Source: Glaucostegus cemiculus (lineage: Eukaryota). From it: a stretch of DNA of 64,000 bases. The notes beneath the pieces are model-generated. The model did no database searches and was not told where the DNA came from. It saw only the letters and a program-made list of their open reading frames with translations. Made by a program: the position numbers and the translations under genes. Below, in pieces: positions 54,301 through 64,000 of this stretch. The stretch covers positions 3,720,001 to 3,784,000 of the forward strand of contig CDPCPM010000052.1 of the NCBI GenBank assembly GCA_976551045.1. The letters run 5' to 3'. Positions within the stretch are counted from its first letter, which is position 1. The number at the start of each line of letters is the position of its first letter.

Positions 54301-54694
54301 GATCCCACGTGCAAATCCTAGTCCAGTGCTGCACTGACAAATCTCAGCTGCATTGACATTTGGGACAGAACAGAATCTTGGACCAAAAAAGAAAATTGTC
54401 CAGTGATCCCACTCATGGCTATTAATTAACAACTGCTGAGGAAGTGCAAATAGGTGGACACCTGGAGGTGGAGCACAGCTGTAATGCCACATGCAGCTCA
54501 AAAGTTTGCTGGTACATGGACACACATAAGAGCAACTGATGCCAGTGAACCTGTCTCAGGAAGGTAGAAGTCAGGGTTCTTTGCAAGGCTTTAAAAAAAA
54601 TGGGTGGTTGTAAATCAGCAAAAAGCATCGGAAAGTTGTGAACCATACAGTTAAATTCTTCTATTTGCATTCAAGCACCTAATGTGTGTGAAAA

Positions 54695-54714
54695 CACACA
54701 CACACACACACACA
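54695..54714. repeat. (CA)10 microsatellite
   Basis: Read directly from the sequence; preceded by (TG)4-AAAA. Confidence 0.9.
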
Positions 54715-56039
54715 AGAAATGTGCAGATATTTTGAAATCAGCAATGCTGCACCTGAAATGATTGGAAGAACAAATTGAGTCATAAAATTGCTAATATTAT
54801 TTCACTAAACTGCAGAACCCTTAATTGCATGTCCAACATTCTCTCCACAGTATACACTTTATCTCACAATGTCTGCACATTAGAGTAAAACACTGACTTT
54901 CTAAGACTGCTGTATTCTTCTCATAACAGATAAATATACAATAACTAAAAACAATCAGTAAAAACATCCACTATGCCCTTCAAACTTCCACTTCATGTTG
55001 CTATATGTTCTTCATTCAGCTCTATTTGAAGAGATCTCATTTATCGGCTTTCTACGACAGCATTTTCTCACTAGTTCTGACTGCATAATTAATGGAAATG
55101 CACTTTAGTGCCATGAGCAGGGCCTTTTGGCTTACTTCTCCAAGACACTTACAGCCGAATATTAACTATAGCAAGCAGCAACACAACAGGGTGGAAAATC
55201 AGCCTGTCACAGATCTGCTTTGATGCCACATGAAGAATCAACATCAAGTTCTTTCCCCACCCCCTCCTCATGCAAGATGCTTAAATGCAAAGTCTTGTCT
55301 AAAAATATATCTCATTCAAACAATACATACAAAGTGATCTTTCACTTATATGCATGGGAACAAGTTACAAGACCACAGTACATTCAAGGGAGATTATAAC
55401 ACTATGGTAACAATGAGGTAGATCCTCAACACTGTTCTATGAATCACCAGTGTGAAATACTTATTTAAACAGTTACTGTGAATTTTAATGTGTGAAGTAG
55501 GAAGCAAACTTTATAATAAGTGACAACAGCACTTCATGCTTTGTAAACTTTTGCCCTCTTTTGAAAATAGGACCAAAAATTTCTCTGGGGATCATCTTGA
55601 TTGGCAGCCATAAGTTCAATAGAAATCTCAAACTGTCTGCACAAATAAGGTTCCAGGCAATTTCTACTGAATGTAAGCAGCTGATGAGATCCCAAAGCAA
55701 ACACCCAAGTGGTCCTGGTTAAGGATATGTTTCATTGTACCAAGCATTCTGATGTGCCTCATTGAAGTGACCAAAGTTCATGTTGTAGGATTTGACTACA
55801 AAACTTAATGGAAAAAATAGCCACAATTGGAAACTGTTCCACACCCAACAGTCATACCTGCACTTAATACAGAGCTGCTGGCATTTCAGTGCTAACTGGA
55901 TGTCTTTCAGTATAATTAGGCTACTCACTGAACAAGTTCTATGAGGCATCAGGAGAACGAATGCAGGTACTCTAAGAAACTAATCTATGTTAAAGACAGG
56001 GAATTGATGTGGGAATGATATCGCTAACTCATTCATACC

Positions 56040-56450
56040 CTACAGGTATGCAAAACCCAGATCACATCATACATGAAACATGACAAGCAGTTTGAGCCAC
56101 CACATCTAATGAAGGATATTTTGCCCTGGAAGGGAATGCAGCATAAATTAGATGGTTAAATTAGAAGGAAGGTTAACAGAAACTGTTCGCTGTAGTTGCT
56201 GGAATTCAGACAGATAACAGGTGACACAATTGAAGCTTCCAAGATATTTTAGGAAAATGAGCGGATGGATGAAGAGAATCCATTTCTGTGAATCTACAGA
56301 CCTGAGACAATCTAAAGATTATAGCCAGAACTTTCAGGAGTGAAACAAGGAAACGCTTCTACATAGTGGCTGAAATTTGGAATTCTCTTCAGCAAATGAC
56401 AATGGATGAGGTCGAATGTCAATTTTAAAGTGAGGTTGATAGAACTGTGC
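56040..56450 (+). mobile_element. Decayed CR1-like 3' fragment
   Basis: AAGGATATTTTGCCCTGGAAGG..GCAG, CTGGAATTCAGA, TTCAGGAGTGAAACAAGGAAACGCTTCT..TGGAATTCTCT. Confidence 0.6.
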
Positions 56451-57087
56451 TAAGAATACTTCTCAGACATTATGTCATAAAGTCCACCTGATGAAACTAA
56501 ATAATGTTAAGTCACCCAGTGTTTAATCAGAATATACTTGTTACTTTCAGATGGCACCTTTGAAGCAACCTGTAATTTTAAAATTGTTTAATGATCTACA
56601 GCAGAGTGTAATGTCTGTAATGTGTAATCTGCAACATTCACTTTCAATATTATGGAGAGAAGGTTAAAGAAAAGCTAGGTGTAAATTGTGGAGAGGTTAT
56701 GCGACTTTAGTCACAATCAGGTTCAGAAGACAACACACTCAAAAGATCAGTGACTACTGAAGCAGATCACAGGTCATGCATAACACAATAAGAATTAACA
56801 GTAGGAGCAGACCATATGGCTCTTCAAACCTACTCCACCATTCAAAATCATAGCTGATCATTGACCTCAGCAACATTTTCCTGCAGTATTTCCATTCTCC
56901 TGCATAGATCTGCTATTCCTCAATTCCCTTAATACAATGAAACTCCTGATAGCCTGGCACACTCAGGACTCAGGTGGTACCAGACTGGTGGATTTTCTGG
57001 CCAATTGTATGTTCTCCAACATGCTCTTAATTAGATTTTCATGATGTCCCAGGGTATTGGGATAAATTTTTCACTGAACTCGGTAAC

Positions 57088-57435
57088 CATAGAACCATAC
57101 AGCACAAAACAGGCCCTTCGGCCCACCAAGTTGTGCCGTCATTCAAATGTCTCACAATCTAACTCTTTCCTTCCACATATCCTACTATTCCACATTCTTC
57201 CGTGTGCCTATCTAACAATCTCTTGAACCTGTCCAACGTATCTGCCTCTACTACCACCCCAGGCAGCGCATTCCATGCGCCAACCACTCTCTGGGTGAAA
57301 AACTTCCCTCTGACATCTCCCCTGAACTTTCCACCCAATATCTTAAAGCCATGCCCTCTCGTCTTGAGCATCTGTGCTCTGGGAAAGAGGCGCTGGCTGT
57401 CAACTCTATCTATTCCTCTCAATATCTTATACACC
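57088..57435 (-). mobile_element. Young CR1-like LINE 3' end
   Basis: Open frame YKILRGIDRVDSQRLFPRAQMLKTRGHGFKILGGKFRGDVRGKFFTQRVVGAWNALPGVVVEADTLDRFKRLLDR; tail GGGCCGAAGGGCCTGTTTTGTGCTGTATGGTTCTATG. Confidence 0.9.
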
Positions 57436-57439
57436 TAAG

Positions 57440-58180
57440 TTTCAGGGGAGCTTTACTTATCTATTCAAATCCACCCACAGTAAAAACCAACACACAATTT
57501 GCACTTCTAACTGCTTGCTGCACCTACATATTAGCTTACAATGGCTTGTGTACAAGGACAACCAGGTCCCTATGAACAGCAACAATCTCTCCCCATTTAA
57601 AAGAATACTCTGCTTTTCTATTTTGTGCATCAAAGTGGATGACTGCAAACTTTTCCACATTATATTCTCATTGCCAGGATTTCACTTGATCTCCCAGCTT
57701 GAAGCCATACCATATCCTCCTCACTACTCAAATTTTGGCCAGTTTTGTCTCATCAGCAAACTTTTGCTGTTTTCATTTGGTCCCCTCAGCCAACTTGTTG
57801 ATATGGATTGTCAGTGGCTAAGGTCCGAATCAAAGTTCCCCATAATTCCCCAATAATCACAGCCTGGGAAACCAAGAAAGATCCATTTATTCCCACTGTT
57901 TTACCAGTTCGCTCCATGACAATGCATTAACCCAATTCCACTGCCTCTAACTTTTTTGACCAGCCTCGCGTGAGTTCTCATCGCATCTTCTTAAGACCTA
58001 AATAAACTGGTTTCCCTTTATACATTCTACTATTCACAACCTCAAAGAATTCCAACAGATTAATCAAACACAATTTTCCTTTCATAAATCCAAGCTGACT
58101 CTAGTCAATCCTGTTATTCTTTATGAAATTTTCAATACATCATTCATTGTAAATTCCAGCATTTCCCTCAACAATTTTTT
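57440..58180 (-). mobile_element. Older CR1-like RT fragment
   Basis: Reverse complement contains ILLNGERL, GATTTATGAAAGGAAAATTGTGTTTGATTAATCTGTTGGAATTCTTTGAG (FMKGK.CL.NLLEFFE) and VGING remnants. Confidence 0.75.
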
Positions 58181-58189
58181 TCTAATAAT

Positions 58190-60985
58190 GTTAAACTAAT
58201 ATGGCAGGGGGATGGGAATCCATGCAGAAAGACAGAGGGAAGCAAAGCAGAGACCAGAGCAAAAGTTATAAAAGAGTGGAGTACAGAAAAGTCAAATGAA
58301 AAGGACACAAAGGTTGCTAGATTCTAAAAGGACGACAAGTGTAAGGGCACTTTATCTGAATGACGGTAGTATTCGAAACAAGGTAAGTGAACTTGTGGCA
58401 CAAATCACTACCAAGGGACATGATTTAGTGGCCATTAAGGAAACATGGTTGCAGAGTGGAGATGAGTGGGTATTAAATATCCAGGTGTATCAGGTAATAC
58501 AGGAGGACATGCAGGAAGGTAAGGGAGGTGGGGTAGAACTCTTAATTAAGAATGAGATCCGGGCGATAGTGAGACACGATACGAGATCTAGGGAGCAGAA
58601 TGTTAAGTCCATCTGGGTAGAGATCAGGAATAATAAAAGAGAAAAAAAAATCACTGGTGAGAGTTGTCTATAGGCCACCAAATAATATTACAGTGGCACA
58701 GGGAGTAAACCAAGAAATATTTGATGTATGTAAGAATGGAACGGCAGTTGTCATGGGGGATTTTAACTTCCACATAGATTGGGCGAATCAAGGTGGTCGA
58801 GGCAGTCTTGAGGAGGACTTCATAGAATGCATCCATGATAGCTTTCTTGAACAGCATGTTAGTGAACCTACAAGGAAAAATACCATCTTAGATCTGCTCC
58901 TGTGCAATGAGACAGATGAAATTAACGATCCTGTAATTAGGGATCCTTTCGGAAAGAGTGATCACAGTATGATTGAATGTCTCGTACAAATGGAGGGTGC
59001 AATAAGTTTAATCTAAAACCAGCGTATTACGCCTAAACAAGGGAGGCTACAATGGGATGAGGGAGGAGTTGGGTAGCTTTGATTGGAAACACAGGCTATA
59101 TGGTGAGACAGTGGAAGACATACAAAGAGATTTGTCACGGTGCTCAACAGAAGCATATTCCAGTTTAAAAGGATAGTAAGGGTGGGAAGAGCCAGTGTTG
59201 GATAACTAAGGAAATAAAAGGTGGCATCAAGCTAAAAGCTCATGCATAAAGTCACCAAGAGTAGTGGAAAACTAGCAGATTGGGAAAACTTTAAAAAGCA
59301 ACAAAGAACCACTAGGCAAGCAATAAGGAAGGGGAAGAACAACTATTTTGTGACGGTCTTCATGGTGGAGGACATGCCTAACATGCCAAAGAGAGATATT
59401 ATGGATGTGATGGGGCGATGAGGACCTTGATACAATCATTGTTACTAAAGAGGTGGTGATGAGCAAACTAGTGGGTCTAAAGGTAGACAAGTCCCCTGGT
59501 CCTGATGGGATGCATCCCAGGGTACTGAAAGAAGTGGCGAAAATTATAGTAGAGGCGTTTGTGATAATTTACCAAAATTCTCTGGACTATGGGCAGGTCC
59601 CGGTGGATGGGAAGACAGTGAATGTCACGCCACTGTTTAAAAAATGATGTAGGCAAAAGGCAGGTGACTATAGGCCAGTTAGCTTAACGTCTGTAGTTGG
59701 GAAAATGCTTGAAGCTATCATTAAGGAAGAAATAGTGAGATATCTGGATAGAAGTGGTTCCATCAGGCAGACACAGCATGGATTTAGGAAGGACAAACTT
59801 GCTGGAGCTCTTTGAGAATATAATGAACACAGTGAATAGAGGGGAGCAGGTGGATGTTGTACCAGGTGGATTTCCAGAAGGCATTCAATAAAGTGCTGCA
59901 TGAAAGACTTATCTATAAGATAAGAATGCATGGAGTTGTTGGTAATGTATTAGCATGGATTGAGGATTGGTTAACAAATAGAAGGCAGAGAGTTGGGATA
60001 AATGAGTGTTTCTCTAGTTGCCAATCAGTGGTGAGCGGGTGCCGCAAGGGTCAGTGCTGGGCCCACAACTATTCACGACATACATTAATGATTTGGAAGA
60101 GGGGACTGAGTGCAGCACATCTGAGTTTGCTGATGACACTAAATTAAGTGGAAAAGCAAATTGTGTAGTGGATGTGGAGAGCCTGCAGAGAAAGATAGAT
60201 AGGTTAAGTGAGTCGGCAAGGATCTGGCAGATGGAGTACAATGTTGGTAAATAAAAAATAGATCATATTATTATTTAAATGGTGAAAGATTGCAGCATGC
60301 TGTTGTGCAGAATGACTTCAGAGTGTTTGTGCATGAATCACAAAAGGTTGGTTTGCAAGTGCAAAAAGTTATCAAGAAGGCAAATGAAATGTTGGCCTTC
60401 ACTGCTAGAGGGATTGAATTTAAGAGCAGGGAGGTAATGTTGCAACTGTACAGGGTACTGGTGAGGCCGCACCTGGAGTACTGCATGCAGTTCTGGTCTC
60501 CTTACTTGAGGAAAGAAGCTTTAGAGGCGGTGCAGAGGAGGTTCACCAGGTTGATTCCAGAGATGAGGGGGTTAGCCTATGAGGAAGGATTGAGTTGCCT
60601 GGGACTATACTCACTGGAATTCAGAAGAATGAGAGGGGATCTTATGAAAACATATAAAATTATGAAAGGAATAGATAAGATAGAGGCAGGAAGGTTGCTT
60701 CCACTGGTAGATGAGACTAGGGGACATAGCCTCAAGATTCAGGGGAATGGATTTAGGATGAAGATGAGGAGAAACTGCTCATCCCAGGGAGTAGTGAATC
60801 TGTGGACTTTTCTGCCCAGGGACGCAATAGCGGCTATCTCATTAAATATATTTAAGACAAAGTTAGATAGACTTTTGCCTAGTAGGGGAATTAAGAGTAA
60901 TGGGGAAAAGGCAGGTAGGTGGATCTAAGTCCACAGCCAGATCAGCCATGATTTTATTGCTCCTATTGCTAACGTTCTTATGATC
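58190..60985 (+). mobile_element. CR1-like LINE with nearly full-length but disrupted ORF2 (APE endonuclease + reverse transcriptase)
   Basis: DLVAIKETW, GKGGGV, VYRPP, MGDFNF, SDHSMI; KSPGPDGMHP, YRPVSLTSVVGK, QHGF, DFQKAF, PQGSVLGP, FADDTK, RPHLEYCMQFWSP. Stops, frameshifts and deletions throughout. Confidence 0.95.
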
Positions 60986-61449
60986 TCATCCCCACCACAT
61001 ACATCTTCCTAAAATAGGGCAAAATTCAACTACAGTGCAGAGGGTAAGAGTATAAATAAGCTATATTTCCACTATCCTACTGGTGTAGCATAAACAAGAA
61101 GCTGGACAGTTACCCAATTTTTGTTAACAAGAACACAATTAAGGATTATGAAATTCAAGTATTTTTAATATAAGGTTTTGAAAAATATAAGAAAAAACAC
61201 ATAGAGAGAGATGATCACTGAGATCAACAAATCTCCTCTGATAGGATTTGCTGATGACTACAATTTATATGGGTAAGACAAAGGAAATATCTGTGAGGCC
61301 AGGGTTATTGTGCAATAAGTTGTATAGGTATATACAACTTATACAACAGAATATATTGTTCAGTCAAAACCTTATGAAGAAAGGAAGGGAATAAAAGTCA
61401 CAGAGGGAGAACAAGCCAAAACAGAGTGAGGGAAATTTGGTCAAAACCA

Positions 61450-63275
61450 TCCCTTGTTCCAATGAAGGGTCTTGGATTTGAAACATTAACTGTTTCTTTT
61501 TCCATAGATTCTGCCTGACCTGTTGAGTATTTCCCTAATTTCCTGTTTTTATTTCAGATTCCCAGTATCTATTGCTTTTTTTGATTTTCGTTTGCTGTTG
61601 AATTCACTGCCACTTCTCTTCCAGGAATGGCAACTGTGAAGTTGTCCTGCATTCTCTGGCAATATTTCTGCCCCTCTCATTTGCGTTGGTGGCTTTTAAT
61701 TCTCTTCCTGTCTTCAATAAAATCTTGGTGAAAACTCACTTCCACATTTATATGTCTTTCATTAGCAAATGTCTCTGGCTCCAACTTATCCCATGTGGAT
61801 TTCAACTCAAATTCCAACCTTCACAATTCAGACTCAACCAGGATTATAGACATGTTTCAACTTGCTACCGTTTCTCAAGGCATTGTTCTCACCACATACC
61901 GAGATCCACACTTAATGTCATGCATCAGCACATTGATCTCTTGAGCTCTTTCAACAACAATACTGACTTGCTCTGCCTAAAGCTGTTGTGATCCACAATA
62001 TACCACTTTATTCTTTGCCAAGTTGGTGCTGAAACATGTAAGGCTTTTTCCTTCCATTCTCATGTCAAAAAACGCCAAATTTTAACAGCTCATGAATTCC
62101 AATACCCTTCCTGACCTTTCTTCCCTTTCAACTTTCTTCTGACCCTGATCTCTCCCCCTGCAGTTCCACCCCTGTATGTTGTCACCATCCCTTCCAATGT
62201 TCCCCTCTCTCATCACAAATGATCAGTCCTTAGCAGATACCTCAGCTGCATTCCCCTACACTCATGAATTGTAAGACATCGTTTTCTGCCATCTCCACAT
62301 CCATTTCTTTGGCCACAAGTTTTCACCCGATACTGTGGACCCTTTTCTCCTGATCTACTTGGACACCTCTCTCTGCCTTCATTCTGACTCTAGATCTATT
62401 CATTGTGAAATACATATGGGACACTGACTGCCTTGATTTTCTATTCCCTTCACTCAAACCTATCCCCTTTCAAGCTACAGTACTCCGCTCACGAAGAACC
62501 AATCCTGATACCATTGTCAAACCTGCTGATAAGGATGATGCTGTTGTAGTCTGGCAAACTGACCTCTATGTTGCAGAGGCCAAAAGTCAGTCTCATACCT
62601 CCTTCTCACCATGGCCCTAACACTGAACATCAGACCATTATCTCCCAGACCTCATTTCTTTGGGAGATCTTCTCTGTACAGCTTTCAGCCTAGTTGTACC
62701 TCAGCCTCACACAACCCACTTCTACCTCCTACCCAAGGTCCACAAACAGCCTGCTCTTACTTTAACTCCATCCTGATCTCCTCTGGTCCGGTCCCTTCCC
62801 ACTTACATCCATGACATTTCAGATGCCCTTCACCATCTTAACTTTCCAATTCCCTGATCCCAACCAGCTCAACTTTACCATGAACATACAATCCCTCCAT
62901 ATCTCCTTCCCAAATTAGGAGGATCTAAAGGTCCTCCACTTCTTCCCTGAACAGAGACCCAACCAGTTCCCCTCCACCAAGACTCAGTAACCTCTCTGAA
63001 CTCCTCAGAGTGAGCATTTTTTCAGATCAAAGGTATAGATATTAGAACTCACATAGACCCAAGCTACACCTGTCATTTTGTGGTTATATCAGTCTTCCAC
63101 CATCCCCCCCACCCCTATATATACATACACACACATATACACACAAACACCTTTTATGCAACTGAAAACTAATTTGTTTTCTCCTGAAAGTCTTTGATCT
63201 GAACTTTAATCCTGTTTCTCTTCCCACAGAAACTGCCTGACCAACTGAGTGTTTCCAGTATTTTCTGTTCCAACT
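61450..63275 (+). mobile_element. Decayed Penelope-like element: terminal repeat, RT remnant, terminal repeat
   Basis: RT remnants IVKPADKDDAVVVW, FYLLPKVHK, SLPTYIHD, FTMNIQSL and QIKG...PSY. Direct repeats at ~61455-61585 and ~63180-63272 (CTGTTTCT..CCA.AGA..CTGCCTGACC...TGAGT.TTTCC). Confidence 0.78.
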
Positions 63276-63784
63276 AATTATTGCTCTTTAACTATTGAAC
63301 AAAATGCATGATTATGGCTTACAGCAAACCTCTCTTTCTTCTTTCCTGCATCCTTTGAAGACTCACCAATATTGATGCCTCTCACCTCAAGAAAACACAA
63401 ACATGGCTGATGGAACCCAAGGTCAACCAAAATCCAATACTTCCTGGCATTATGTTCAGGAACCTCCAACAATGCATTAGTTTATACTCCATGCTGAAGC
63501 TCTCTAGTTGAGCTTCATTGCACATTTTTAAAAATTTGGGCACCAGATCCTTAAGATAGACAAAGGCTAACTGCAAAACTAACAAACAAAAAAGTATGCG
63601 AGCATATAAACACACACACCTAAAAATTGGATCCATTTGTGCACAGATTTATGCAGGATTTGCACTAAACCCATACTACATCCAGTAGATTAAGCTGGAA
63701 ACAATATCGAGATCAATTAGCAGCCATCTGAAAATTGACCTGCATGCTTCTGGGCAAAACACATTAACACATCTGACATGTTCC

Positions 63785-63890
63785 CAAGGTAAAGTGCATA
63801 TAGAGTCATAAAACTATACAGCATGGAAAACATGCCCATGCCGACCAAGTTGCCTAACTGAGCTACTCCCATTTGCCTACAGTCTTTTAT
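63785..63890 (-). mobile_element. Short CR1-like 3' tail
   Basis: TAGAGTCATAAAACTATACAGCATGGAAA..CCCATGCCGACCAAG..CCCATTTGCC, reverse complement of the 21860-22000 type tail. Confidence 0.6.
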
Positions 63891-63969
63891 GCACAGCAGC
63901 CAATTCCACATTTACTGAGAGAAAGTGGCTGTTTCATTTCTGACCTGTTTCTCACTCATGTAGCGAAAC

Positions 63970-64000
63970 AATCAGAATCAGATTTATTATCACTGACTTA
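63970..64000 (-). mobile_element. 3' terminus of a LINE (Rex/Babar-like), continuing beyond the window
   Basis: Reverse complement TCAGTGATAATAAATCTGATTCTGATT: AATAAA followed by (TCTGAT)n. Only 30 bp visible. Confidence 0.4.

Noticed and set aside
57440-60985. Twin-priming 5' inversion of a single CR1
   Set aside because: The minus fragment covers RT sequence already present in the plus copy and is more decayed, so these are separate insertions.
61315-61342. 12-bp hairpin ATAAGTTGTATA-GGTA-TATACAACTTAT
   Set aside because: AT-rich and adjacent to a TATACAAC micro-duplication; likely a repair or template-switch scar.

Overview
This is eukaryotic, AT-rich, CpG-depleted vertebrate DNA. The repeat content (V-domain and Deu-domain tRNA SINEs, CR1 and L2 LINEs, Penelope-like terminal repeats) points to a cartilaginous fish, which is an inference. 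The whole window lies inside a PBX-family TALE homeobox gene on the minus strand, most likely pbx1. Three coding exons with canonical AG/GT boundaries and matching phases are present: 34418-34662 (245 nt), 20282-20472 (191 nt) and 10628-10763 (136 nt), corresponding to exons 3-5. I did not find exons 2 or 6 in the window. The rest is intron filled with decayed retroelements, and nearly all listed ORFs are spurious or LINE debris. The most notable unexplained signals are: (1) a 100%-identical 293-bp inverted repeat with a 240-bp spacer in intron 3; (2) a ~330-bp chain of hairpins in intron 4; (3) a family of Penelope-type terminal repeats carrying minimal hammerhead-ribozyme motifs, one nearly intact in the pre-mRNA sense; (4) candidate enhancers, including a perfect PBX-HOX site inside the PBX gene. 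I see no clear evidence of a wholly new multi-gene system. TE boundaries are approximate and read by eye.
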